A DNA stretch of 44,766 bases from a virus (taxonomy: Duplodnaviria > Caudoviricetes). This document shows, piece by piece, positions 37,126 to 44,766 of the stretch. The stretch's first letter is position 1, and the number at the start of each line of letters is the position of its first letter. The position numbers were made by a program, and so were the translations under genes. The notes under the pieces were generated by a model, which did no database searches, had not been told where the DNA came from, and saw only the letters and a program-made list of their open reading frames with translations. Location: positions 1 through 44,766 of the IMG/VR virus record IMGVR_UViG_3300011435_000021. One strand, given 5' to 3'.

Positions 37126-37349
37126 CAGAGACCTCTCGACGGCGGCACGTAGATCGTCGTCGGTCCGCCCTGGCGCTTCGACTCCTCGCGTAGCTGCCGG
37201 CTGACGAACAGGCAGTATGCCTCGGCGCTGGTCAGGGACTCCGGTCCGTGGCTCGCGATCTTCTGCAGCAGCGTCTCGTTCGATGGCTCCGTGACGACCC
37301 TCACCCTGTTGCCAGGTTCGTCCTCGATCGTGATGGTGATCTTGCTCAT
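37125..37349 (-). CDS. Hypothetical protein
   Basis: GGGGAG SD, coupled to neighbours. Confidence 0.65.
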   Translation of the reverse strand: MSKITITIEDEPGNRVRVVTEPSNETLLQKIASHGPESLTSAEAYCLFVSRQLREESKRQGGPTTIYVPPSRGL

Positions 37350-37588
37350 GATGGTTCGCTCCCCGCGCGGATTGTAGCATTGGCTTCGACGGCCAGCTTC
37401 ACTGGATTGCAGAACGCTCCCGGCCTGAGCCGGCGCGCGACCGTGAGATGCAGGCCGTCAGGTTTCACTGCGATCGGGACCGGATGCTCGACCCATCCGA
37501 TGTACCGGCACTGCCAGGCTCCTGTGATGCCGACGCCTTTGAAACTCGGCACGCCAGGTCTGAACACGAGCACCGCTTCGTAGAGCAT
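37346..37588 (-). CDS. Hypothetical protein
   Basis: GGAGG SD, ATGA overlap downstream. Confidence 0.55.
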   Translation of the reverse strand: MLYEAVLVFRPGVPSFKGVGITGAWQCRYIGWVEHPVPIAVKPDGLHLTVARRLRPGAFCNPVKLAVEANATIRAGSEPS

Positions 37589-37589
37589 G

Positions 37590-37793
37590 CTACCTCCCCG
37601 TTGATTGCTTGATGATGGACTGCGGCGACCGGAGCAGGTTGATCTCGCTGATGACGTGCCTCAGTTCTTGACGAAGAACCTGAAGTCGCATCGTGTCATC
37701 GACCACCAGGCCGGCGACGTGAATCTCCTCCTCGGCGAGCTTCCACTTCCTGCAGTGCAGGATGATCAGCCGCCACCAGCGAGCGATCGCCAT
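37590..37793 (-). CDS. Hypothetical protein
   Basis: TGATG coupling to recT. Confidence 0.6.
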   Translation of the reverse strand: MAIARWWRLIILHCRKWKLAEEEIHVAGLVVDDTMRLQVLRQELRHVISEINLLRSPQSIIKQSTGR

Positions 37794-38635
37794 CAGAGCA
37801 CGTCAGCCGGTGGCTTGCCTGCTCCGGTCTCAGTGCCGGTGACGACCTTCTCGCCGCCGTTAACGACCCTCTGCAGCGGGTCAGGCCGAACTTCAGGCGG
37901 CGGCAACAGCGCGGTCGATGGCGCTGCTTGCGCGCGATCGGCGAACGGAACGAACGTGTCGTCGTCGCTGTCGAGCACGTTGTCGAGGTCGGTCGACTTC
38001 GGCAGCTTTTTCGAGTGACGACGGAACACGGTCTTGCGCGCCATCTCGTCGGGGTCAGTTTTCCACGGACCGTAGTCCTTCGACTTGCTGCGCTCGCGGA
38101 TCGCATTGATCTCGTCGATGCTCATGTACTCGCGCGACGAAGCTCCGTCCTTGAACCTGACGATCGAGTACGCTCCGACCGTCGCGCCGCGATCGGCGAG
38201 CGCCGGCTTGTGAACGATGCGCTCCTCGTCGCCAAGCTGGAAGTCGAAGTGATCGTTCGCCTTCACGACATGAACGCTCGGCGCTCCGCTGATCTCTCCG
38301 GAGAGTCTGAGCTTTTTCATCATGCCCTCGACCATCGGCTGATACTGGCACATCGACTTCCATTCCGGCTTGTCCTTCGTGCCGACGTTCGTGTTGTAGA
38401 CGGTCAAGACCGCTTCCTTACCGTCCGGCAGCAGGCCGTCCTGCGCGGCCTTCATGCACGCGGAGTAAAAGCTGTTGCGGTCGGCTTCGAGGAGCTTGCC
38501 GTTCTGCTGGACCGCCGTGACGGTGATCCTGATGAAGCGGTCGACGTGCTCCTGCGTCGGCATGACGGCCTTGAACTGCGATGCCATCTTGCCGAGGGCG
38601 CTGCGGACTTCGTCGATCGGTTTCTGCTCGCTCAT
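37793..38635 (-). CDS. recT: RecT-family single-strand annealing recombinase
   Basis: AAQDGLLPDGKEA, VHKP, GPW..D.DEMARKTVFRR..K.LP motifs; AAGGA SD. Confidence 0.93.
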   Translation of the reverse strand: MSEQKPIDEVRSALGKMASQFKAVMPTQEHVDRFIRITVTAVQQNGKLLEADRNSFYSACMKAAQDGLLPDGKEAVLTVYNTNVGTKDKPEWKSMCQYQPMVEGMMKKLRLSGEISGAPSVHVVKANDHFDFQLGDEERIVHKPALADRGATVGAYSIVRFKDGASSREYMSIDEINAIRERSKSKDYGPWKTDPDEMARKTVFRRHSKKLPKSTDLDNVLDSDDDTFVPFADRAQAAPSTALLPPPEVRPDPLQRVVNGGEKVVTGTETGAGKPPADVL

Positions 38636-38636
38636 G

Positions 38637-38813
38637 TCAGTCCTTTTTGATGATTATCGCGATGTCGCACGCCGGGATGGTCTCCGGCAGTACGGGTGTG
38701 ACGTGCTGGTCGTATCTCCTCACGACCTTGCCGCCAGTGCCGAACATCGTGCCGATCTTGTTGGCTGCGTCCAGCGCCTCGCGGCGCTGGCCGGTGATGA
38801 CGATCGTGATCAC
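38637..38813 (-). CDS. Hypothetical protein (58 aa, MITIVITGQRR...); not in supplied ORF track
   Basis: GTGA overlap with upstream gene; GC-rich third positions; fills gap before recT. Confidence 0.6.
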   Translation of the reverse strand: MITIVITGQRREALDAANKIGTMFGTGGKVVRRYDQHVTPVLPETIPACDIAIIIKKD

Positions 38814-39043
38814 GGCGTCGTGCCGGGCAGGTTGTCGGTCTGTCCGTCCGCGCTCGCCTTCTCGACCTTGCCGCCAGCTTCGTAGAACGCGGCGACATCG
38901 GACGCGCAGGCCGGCGTGATCTCGTACAGGTTCCGCGTGACGTGGAGCCTGGCCGCTGCCGGCGTGCCGGCCATCACGAGGCGCTTATCCTGCTTGCCGT
39001 CGATCGGCTTGAGCGGTGTTGCAAAGTACGGTCTCTGACTCAT
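38810..39043 (-). CDS. Hypothetical protein
   Basis: AAGGA SD; KRLV.A..PAAA..HV motif recurrent in proteobacterial phages. Confidence 0.7.
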   Translation of the reverse strand: MSQRPYFATPLKPIDGKQDKRLVMAGTPAAARLHVTRNLYEITPACASDVAAFYEAGGKVEKASADGQTDNLPGTTP

Positions 39044-40320
39044 GGTGATTCCTTCCCTTTGATAAAGCCATCTTCGAGGACGAAGCCTACCTTACCGCTG
39101 CCGTCGACGCGCTCGATCCAGACCTGGTAGTCCTGGGCCGTCGCCATCTCCGCCAGCATACGCATCGAATCGTCGTCCAGAAGCGATCCGTCGCGGACCC
39201 TGATAACGCGCAGGGTCGGGTTCATTGCCATCGCCATCGCGATCGACGCGCGAAGCTGCTCGGCGTCAGATGCCTGACTGAAGGGTTCTCCTGCCATCGT
39301 CACGAAGCCGTCGCCGAACGCGAGGCCGTCGACCGGCAGCTTGGCTGCGGCGACGGCGGCTCGCTTCGCCTCGTTGCGCTTCTCGATCTCCGCCGACAGC
39401 GTTGCCGATTCTTCCTTCAGTTTGTTGTAGACCTCGACGTGCTGAAGGTGCAAGTCCTGACGGTCGGCGATCTTGTTCGTCGCAGCGGCCTGGTTGATGC
39501 TGGCGCGGATCGCCGTCGTGTCGATCGGCTCCGGCAGTGGGCCGGCGCTGTTGAGTCGCAGCGTCTCGGCGTTCATCGTCTCCCTGTCGCGCTCGATCGA
39601 CCCCTCGATCGAGGCGATGTCGGACCGCAGCCTTTCGATCTGAGCGTACCTGTCAGTGATCGAGGTTCCGATCCTGTCGATCTTGGCGCGGAGGGCGTCA
39701 CGGTTCGCCTTGCGCGTCTCGATGTCAGTGTTGTGCTGGCCGGCCTTCTCAAGCTCGGCGATCAGCGCCGTCACGTCGACGCGCTGCGGCACGAGGCTCG
39801 TCGGCTTCGTCGAATCTGCCAGCGCCTGCGCGTCCTTCATGCGCCGGTTCACGTTCGCTCTCTTGTCGAAGTCGGCGGCGTTCATCATGTCCGCCTTCTG
39901 GAAGTCGTAGTCAGGCACGAACCGGCGCAGCGTCTCGAACTGCTTGCCGGCGTCCATGCGCGCGAACGCGAGCGGGTCGAACGCCAGCGATCCGAGCAGC
40001 TTGTCGAGCACCGACTGCGGCGAGGAGAACTTCGCGCCTTCCTTGTTCTCGACGCGCAGCGTGCTCGCCTTGCCTTCGCGGAAGATGCGCGTGACGACCA
40101 GGTCGCCGAGGTCGAGCATGACGCGCGCCTCGTCCTTGCCGGTCCGGATCGGCTTCTGCGGTGCTGCTTCGAGGCCGGCGAGCGCGACCCATATCGCGTC
40201 GAGCACGGAGGTCTTGCCGTTGCCGTTCTTCCCGGTGATCTCGACCATGTTGCCGGTCGGCGTGATCTCGACGGCGACCAGGCGCTTAAAGTTCTCCGCC
40301 TGCAGTTTGATGATTTTCAT
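39040..40320 (-). CDS. SMC/Rad50-like ABC ATPase
   Basis: ENFKR, GKNGNGKTS (Walker A), long coiled coil, SQASDAEQ signature-like, IRVRDGSLLD Walker B-like; AGGAG SD. Confidence 0.88.
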   Translation of the reverse strand: MKIIKLQAENFKRLVAVEITPTGNMVEITGKNGNGKTSVLDAIWVALAGLEAAPQKPIRTGKDEARVMLDLGDLVVTRIFREGKASTLRVENKEGAKFSSPQSVLDKLLGSLAFDPLAFARMDAGKQFETLRRFVPDYDFQKADMMNAADFDKRANVNRRMKDAQALADSTKPTSLVPQRVDVTALIAELEKAGQHNTDIETRKANRDALRAKIDRIGTSITDRYAQIERLRSDIASIEGSIERDRETMNAETLRLNSAGPLPEPIDTTAIRASINQAAATNKIADRQDLHLQHVEVYNKLKEESATLSAEIEKRNEAKRAAVAAAKLPVDGLAFGDGFVTMAGEPFSQASDAEQLRASIAMAMAMNPTLRVIRVRDGSLLDDDSMRMLAEMATAQDYQVWIERVDGSGKVGFVLEDGFIKGKESP

Positions 40321-40517
40321 TTGACTCGCTCCTGTTGATATTGATGTTTGCTGATCTGCTCGAACTTCGACTTGCCGCCGATCTCGGCAGCGCGCTCGTG
40401 CGCCATGCGAACGAACCTGTCTCGGTTCCATACGCGATGTTCCTGCACGAACGTCTTGCCGTCCTTGTCCGTGTGCCTGGCGTACAGGTCTGACGGAAGC
40501 TCCATCCGGTCGATCAT
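40317..40517 (-). CDS. Hypothetical protein
   Basis: ATGA overlaps on both sides. Confidence 0.65.
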   Translation of the reverse strand: MIDRMELPSDLYARHTDKDGKTFVQEHRVWNRDRFVRMAHERAAEIGGKSKFEQISKHQYQQERVK

Positions 40518-41491
40518 CGCTTCGCGCCTGTCGGGTTCATCTTGAATCTGCGGAACGCCTCGCGATCGAACGAGACGTGACCGGCCTTCGTGACGCCTAG
40601 ATCGATGTTGTATCCGTCGACCATCGCGCGAGCGGCGTCGCCGGCCTTCATCAGCAGCTTCGCTCTGGCGATCTGCTTGTCCTCTTTCGCAAGCTCCTCG
40701 CGATCCTTCGCGTCCTGGTAGGCGACGACAAGCTCGTTGACCTCCGAGTCGCCGCGCATGTCGGCGACCTTGCCGGCGACCGCGCTGCCGTAGAGTTTGC
40801 ACACAAAGCTCTCGTCGCCAGGGAAGATTGGCGGCGGCGGATTGTCGTCCGCGATCGACTGCCAGAACGCGCGAACCTTCGCCTCGATCGCGTCGCCGAC
40901 CGCTTGATCGTACCGGCGCATGATCACGAATCCTTTGTTGCCGCCGACCAGCACTCCGATCGCGCCCCACTGCACGCCTCGAACGTGCATCTGATGCTGA
41001 AGCTGAATCTCGATGTGGCCTGGCGCGGTGCGCTGACCAGTTCCATCGTCGATCGCCCACTGATCGCGGAACACGCCGTAGTCGACGGCCTTGATCTCGA
41101 AAATGCCGGGACCGAACTCGTTGAGCATCGCCTCAAGGATGCCATTGTCTGCGGCGGGAGCGCCTTGCTCGTGTATCTCGTAGTCGAAGCTCGCGCCCAT
41201 GCGCGCGTCGCCGAGGCTGATGTACTCAGGGATGCGCCGGGTCTTGACCCCGTAGCGCCTGCCGAGCACGGCGGCGATCGAGTCCTGAAGCTCGGTTCCC
41301 CACTCCATGCGTTCATTCTCGTCGATCGTGACGTGAACGCCGTCGCGCTTGCGATGCCATAGCTCGAACATCGTCGAGTACGGAGACATGCCGAACAGTG
41401 CCGGCGACTCCGTGCTCGTGATGTCCTGCAGCCTGAGAGCGTGCCAGGCGGCGTCGTTCGGCGGGATCGTTGCGATGCGGTTCATCATCAT
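40514..41491 (-). CDS. YqaJ / lambda-exonuclease-like recombination nuclease
   Basis: W...R..ITSTE..ALFG.SPY, WG..L, ASFD, EIK, QLQHQM motifs; three tandem ATGs (41491/41488/41485). Confidence 0.92.
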   Translation of the reverse strand: MMMNRIATIPPNDAAWHALRLQDITSTESPALFGMSPYSTMFELWHRKRDGVHVTIDENERMEWGTELQDSIAAVLGRRYGVKTRRIPEYISLGDARMGASFDYEIHEQGAPAADNGILEAMLNEFGPGIFEIKAVDYGVFRDQWAIDDGTGQRTAPGHIEIQLQHQMHVRGVQWGAIGVLVGGNKGFVIMRRYDQAVGDAIEAKVRAFWQSIADDNPPPPIFPGDESFVCKLYGSAVAGKVADMRGDSEVNELVVAYQDAKDREELAKEDKQIARAKLLMKAGDAARAMVDGYNIDLGVTKAGHVSFDREAFRRFKMNPTGAKR

Positions 41492-41679
41492 CTCCTGTTG
41501 AGGTCGTCGGCCTGGCCGCGACGTGGGTCGTCGAGGTCTCGGTCTCTGGAATCTTTCCATGCCTGAATCCGGCGCTCGTTCAGGCAGTCGACGCATACGA
41601 GATCGCCATCGTCCATAGCGGAATCTCCGAGATCGTCGTGAACCTCAGTGCCGCAATCCTCGCAACGGTCCGGCGTCAT
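41488..41679 (-). CDS. Small zinc-ribbon protein
   Basis: CEDCG..VCVDC; ATGA overlaps. Confidence 0.65.
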   Translation of the reverse strand: MTPDRCEDCGTEVHDDLGDSAMDDGDLVCVDCLNERRIQAWKDSRDRDLDDPRRGQADDLNRR

Positions 41680-41963
41680 GCGCGATCCATCGCTTCAGCG
41701 GCCTGCCTGGTCTGCGTGGCCTCGACGATCGTGAACCTGTTGCGCGTCATGCTCTCGATCTCCTCGGTCGAGCGTCCGGCGCAGAAGTTCACGCACGCGA
41801 CCGCGCGCCTGGCGTTCGCCTTTTTCTCGTAGTCCTTGAGCACGACGCTCGTGTTGAACGTCGCGATGATGACCGCTCCGAGGATCGGGTCGTGCGCCCA
41901 TATCCGAGCGCCGCCGCCGTTGTCGGCGTACTGCCAGGTGTGCGTCGTGAATTTGTCGCTCAC
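41676..41963 (-). CDS. Hypothetical phage protein (ANARR..ACVN family)
   Basis: GAGGAG SD, GTGA overlap; ANARRAVACVN motif. Confidence 0.7.
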   Translation of the reverse strand: MSDKFTTHTWQYADNGGGARIWAHDPILGAVIIATFNTSVVLKDYEKKANARRAVACVNFCAGRSTEEIESMTRNRFTIVEATQTRQAAEAMDRA

Positions 41964-42250
41964 GACGGAATCTCCTCGCCTGCCGCCTTGTCGATGTACG
42001 TCCATCCCATCGCCTCGACGACGCGACGGATCGAGGTCTCCGGCCCCATCATGGAGAGCACGCAGATCGCGCGCTTGTTGACCTGGTCGACCACGATCAC
42101 GGAGCCTGAGCGCGGCACGAGCCAGCGTCCCTGATCCCGCAGCAGGGCGAACTGCCGGCGCTGCCACTCGACGGCGTTCGCCATCCCTTCAGCCGTGTCG
42201 AGGTTCCAGTTCGCGGCCTTCGGCATGCCGTGCAGCATCGGGCCGGTCAT
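41960..42250 (-). CDS. Hypothetical protein
   Basis: GGAGG SD, ATGA overlap. Confidence 0.7.
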   Translation of the reverse strand: MTGPMLHGMPKAANWNLDTAEGMANAVEWQRRQFALLRDQGRWLVPRSGSVIVVDQVNKRAICVLSMMGPETSIRRVVEAMGWTYIDKAAGEEIPS

Positions 42251-42672
42251 GCGAACAACCTCCGGCGCGCGGCGATCCCGGCCTCGGACGGCTCGCCCTC
42301 CGGGTCCGCCATGAACGTGTCGAGGTCGCGATCGATCTCGGCCTGCGCGCGGCGTGGCGCTAGGCTCTTGACCGGCTCCTCGCCCTCCGCGTTGTCCTCC
42401 GATGTCGGCAGGATGTCCGCGTGCTCGCGCGCCTCGTCGACCGTGCGCGCCTTGGCGACGCCTTTCATGACCGACCTGGCGTGCGCCATGCTGCCGATCT
42501 CGATGTGCCTGCTCGACGGCTCGTGCATCACGATCCAGCGATGGTCGGCGTCGATGTCGCCTGCGCCGTTCTCGCGATCGTAGATCACGATATGTCCGCC
42601 GAGCTTGCACTTCATCTCGCAGACGTACCCGGCATTGCCGCGATGCGGCTTGCTGTTGGGTCCGAGTTTCAT
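42247..42672 (-). CDS. Hypothetical protein
   Basis: ATGA overlap; GC-rich third positions. Confidence 0.7.
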   Translation of the reverse strand: MKLGPNSKPHRGNAGYVCEMKCKLGGHIVIYDRENGAGDIDADHRWIVMHEPSSRHIEIGSMAHARSVMKGVAKARTVDEAREHADILPTSEDNAEGEEPVKSLAPRRAQAEIDRDLDTFMADPEGEPSEAGIAARRRLFA

Positions 42673-43193
42673 GACGTGGCCTTCAGGATTTTGGCGATGA
42701 CGACCTCGATCGCGTCGTCGCTGTCCATCAGCAGCGCGCCAGGATGAACCGGCGTGCCGTTTCGCAGGAACTCGTGCATCGCGACCAGGATCGCGTGCAT
42801 CTTCGGAGCGGCGTCCGCGATCCGCGCCTGGCGCTGCGATTCCTTGGCCTTCTGGATCAGCGCGGCGTCCTCGATCTTACGCTCCGCGAGCGCCTTGGCG
42901 ATCAAGTTGTCGCGCTCGATCTCCGTCCAGACCTCGGCGACGATCGCGACGTTCCTCGCGACCGTGGCGTCGAGCTTGCGCGTGTTGAAATATCCCGGCA
43001 TGCGGTGATCCATCTCAAGGGAATTTTTGAAGATGACCGGGAAGCCTTCGCCCAGGAACGAACAACCCTCGATCTGGCGCGTCTCGATGTTGAACCAGAA
43101 GTGATAGCGCGCCTCGCCGTCCTGCCAGCCTGCGGCGGCGCGCTTGAAGTCGCGGCTGACGTTGTCGACGTGGATGTTCGTGATGTGGCTCAT
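42669..43193 (-). CDS. Hypothetical protein
   Basis: GAGG SD; ARIADAAP.M motif common in early phage proteins. Confidence 0.72.
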   Translation of the reverse strand: MSHITNIHVDNVSRDFKRAAAGWQDGEARYHFWFNIETRQIEGCSFLGEGFPVIFKNSLEMDHRMPGYFNTRKLDATVARNVAIVAEVWTEIERDNLIAKALAERKIEDAALIQKAKESQRQARIADAAPKMHAILVAMHEFLRNGTPVHPGALLMDSDDAIEVVIAKILKATS

Positions 43194-43399
43194 GACCGCG
43201 CCTCGCTGTTCGAGAGGTATTCCGCGTATGCGTTGATCGCGGCGTCAGCTTGGCGAGTCGTCTTGATTGTCGCGACCGGGAGGGTGTTCGCGATCGTGTT
43301 CGCGCCCTCTCCGTTCACGGTGTTCTGGAAGTGCGCCATCTTGCAGGCTTCGAGGCCGTGCTTCGCTATGGCTCGTTGGGCGTTTCTGCTGAGTGTCAT
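43190..43399 (-). CDS. Hypothetical protein
   Basis: GGAG SD directly downstream of the promoter at 43442-43471. Confidence 0.72.
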   Translation of the reverse strand: MTLSRNAQRAIAKHGLEACKMAHFQNTVNGEGANTIANTLPVATIKTTRQADAAINAYAEYLSNSEARS

Positions 43400-43441
43400 T
43401 TGCGTCTCCGTTGTTCCCGATGCGGCGCATCAGGTGATGTA

Positions 43442-43471
43442 AGAGTAGAGTAAAACTCAACACCGTGTCAA
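43442..43471 (-). promoter_or_regulatory. Leftward sigma70-type early promoter (copy 2 of cassette)
   Basis: TTGACA-N18-TACTCT with A/T-rich UP element and upstream IHF-like GATCAAGGACTTA (43492-43504). Confidence 0.75.
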
Positions 43472-43501
43472 ATTTATTTTTCGGCTTTCCCGATCAAGGA
43501 C

Positions 43502-43741
43502 TTACTTCAGCCTGGAACAGTGGCCGACGTAGGCGCGAGCGGCCATCCAGTACGCCGCCATCGGTCCCTTGTTTTTCTTCCACGACTGAGCCGCGTTGAC
43601 GTGGCACTCGGCGCGCAGTTCCTTCAGCATCTCGCGGAACTGCTCGCGAAGCTCCGGGTGTGCGTCGAGGAAGGTGATCAACTTGCGCGCTGACGAGAGC
43701 TTCATCAGCGGATTGCGAACGAGCAGGCTGTTCGATCGCAT
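43502..43741 (-). CDS. Hypothetical protein
   Basis: TAATG coupling; RNPL..A..SW...KGPMAAYW motif. Confidence 0.7.
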   Translation of the reverse strand: MRSNSLLVRNPLMKLSSARKLITFLDAHPELREQFREMLKELRAECHVNAAQSWKKNKGPMAAYWMAARAYVGHCSRLK

Positions 43742-44181
43742 TAGAAGCTCGGATTCTGTTCGTAGCGATGACCGCGCGTAAGGGACCACGTCCCGCCCTT
43801 TTTGATCCAGCCGCCAGTGAGCTTGCGACGGTAGTAGACGCTGCCGGTGTCCGTCGTGATGATGCGGAAGTTTGGGCCGCTGACCTTGATGATCTTGCCG
43901 TCAGGGTAGCTGTCGCCATTGAAGCCGTAGCTGACCTCGTCTCCTACCTGGGGGCGCTCGATCACGTCGTAGCGCGGCGAGACGTTCGGGCCGCTGTCGA
44001 TCGCGATGTACGGGCAGGCGACGGTCTGGACTGCCGCCTCATTCAGTTCCTTCGCAACCTGCTCGGCGCGCTCCATCGTCGGCCAATCGTTGCGGCTCTC
44101 GTGGCCCTTCCATTCCTGCGGGTACTGCGTCGTCGCCGATACCGCCTTACCGTTTTCGATTTTTACGATGAGCATCTTCAT
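43741..44181 (-). CDS. Hypothetical protein, first gene of leftward arm
   Basis: AGGAG SD (true start may be ATG 44175); GC-rich third positions. Confidence 0.75.
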   Translation of the reverse strand: MKMLIVKIENGKAVSATTQYPQEWKGHESRNDWPTMERAEQVAKELNEAAVQTVACPYIAIDSGPNVSPRYDVIERPQVGDEVSYGFNGDSYPDGKIIKVSGPNFRIITTDTGSVYYRRKLTGGWIKKGGTWSLTRGHRYEQNPSF

Positions 44182-44217
44182 CTCCTGTTATCCCGATGCG
44201 ACGCATCGAGTGACTCA

Positions 44218-44246
44218 AGTGTCTACATTTTTTCAACGCCAGTCAA
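44218..44246 (-). promoter_or_regulatory. Leftward sigma70-type early promoter (copy 1 of cassette)
   Basis: TTGACT-N17-GACACT, T-rich UP element, upstream IHF-like GATCAAGCACTTA (44268-44280). Confidence 0.65.
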
Positions 44247-44287
44247 CAACTATTTTCGACCCTTTTGGATCAAGCACTTACGATCGC

Positions 44288-44316
44288 TTGCGGACTGTTG
44301 AGTTTTCCGATACGCT
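44288..44316 (+). promoter_or_regulatory. Rightward sigma70-type promoter for Cro-like/replication operon
   Basis: TTGCGG-N17-TACGCT, 8 nt before ATG 44325. Confidence 0.6.
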
Positions 44317-44324
44317 CGACGGTC

Positions 44325-44519
44325 ATGAAAACTCCGAAGCAGATCGTCGTCGAGATGTTCGGCGTCCGTGGCACGGCTCGCATCCTGAAGCTGTCGCCTG
44401 GCGCGGTCTCGAAGTGGAACACGGTTCCGTCGTGGCATCATAAGCCGCTGCTCGACGCTGCCAAGGCCGCGAAGAAAAAACTCACGCCTGACATGCTAAT
44501 CCTGGGAGCGAAAACATGA
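44325..44519 (+). CDS. Cro/YdaS-like helix-turn-helix regulator
   Basis: FGVRGTARILKLSPGAVSKW..VP HTH pattern; first gene of rightward arm at the divergent junction. Confidence 0.8.
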   Translation: MKTPKQIVVEMFGVRGTARILKLSPGAVSKWNTVPSWHHKPLLDAAKAAKKKLTPDMLILGAKT

Positions 44520-44647
44520 TTCGAGCCATCGAGATTTTCCTGATCGTCTGCGGCATCGCAGGTGTCGCCGATGTCCTGCTGTTCAAGGGGATCATCGGCG
44601 TGTGGTTGAGCAAGTATCTCGACGTGAGCAAGTTCCTGCCGAAGTGA
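44516..44647 (+). CDS. Small membrane protein (43 aa); not in supplied ORF track
   Basis: GGGAG SD, ATGA and GTGA overlaps, hydrophobic (MIRAIEIFLIVCGIAGVADVLLFKGIIGVWL...). Confidence 0.6.
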   Translation: MIRAIEIFLIVCGIAGVADVLLFKGIIGVWLSKYLDVSKFLPK

Positions 44648-44766
44648 CGCTCGCGCTCCGCCCCTACCAGGTCCGCCAGTACGACGAGGCTCGCGCTCTC
44701 GTCGCGTCCGGCGAGAACTCCGTCCTGATCCAGTCGCCGACCGGCAGCGGCAAGACCGTGCTCACG
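44644..44766 (+). CDS. SF2 helicase N-terminus (3' truncated; continues into base 2 onward)
   Basis: MTLALRPYQ (Q motif) ... QSPTGSGKT (Walker A). Confidence 0.9.
   Translation, partial: MTLALRPYQVRQYDEARALVASGENSVLIQSPTGSGKTVLT

Noticed and set aside
1-44766. tRNA, rRNA, integrase/att sites, IS elements
   Set aside because: No intergenic space with cloverleaf or T-loop signatures, and no recombinase or transposase motifs recognised.

Overview
Near-complete genome of a GC-rich (roughly 60-65% by eye) tailed dsDNA phage of a Gram-negative host, with podovirus-type morphogenesis genes (T7 / BPP-1 / epsilon15-like order). The contig opens inside a superfamily-2 helicase whose N-terminus is at the far right end, so it is essentially one circular permutation with a small gap. 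The rightward arm carries a Cro-like HTH, helicase, MazG-like pyrophosphatase, frameshifted HNH, VRR-NUC nuclease, a Topo VI-A/Spo11-like (Mini-A type) protein, a primase-VapE helicase, a putative origin, TerS/TerL, GNAT, portal, scaffold, major capsid, an extra head-appendage-like module, tail tubes A/B, three internal virion proteins (one a 2671-aa polyvalent protein), a tail fibre and holin/SAR-endolysin/spanins. The leftward arm carries small early genes, a YqaJ exonuclease, an SMC/Rad50-like ATPase and RecT. I saw no integrase, CI-type repressor, DNA/RNA polymerase, methyltransferase, tRNA or CRISPR. The most notable observations are: (1) a well-formed gene overprinted in the +1 frame of the primase-helicase linker; (2) signal-peptide-like hydrophobic leaders on the major capsid protein and the next capsid protein; (3) a giant ejection protein with GNAT, two ART-like modules and an HExxH peptidase, each module bounded by a hydrophobic-x-Q junction that could be a self-processing site; (4) a duplicated ~100-bp promoter cassette plus a shared 17-bp operator-like motif at four promoters. 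All family assignments are from motif recognition by eye, not database searches.
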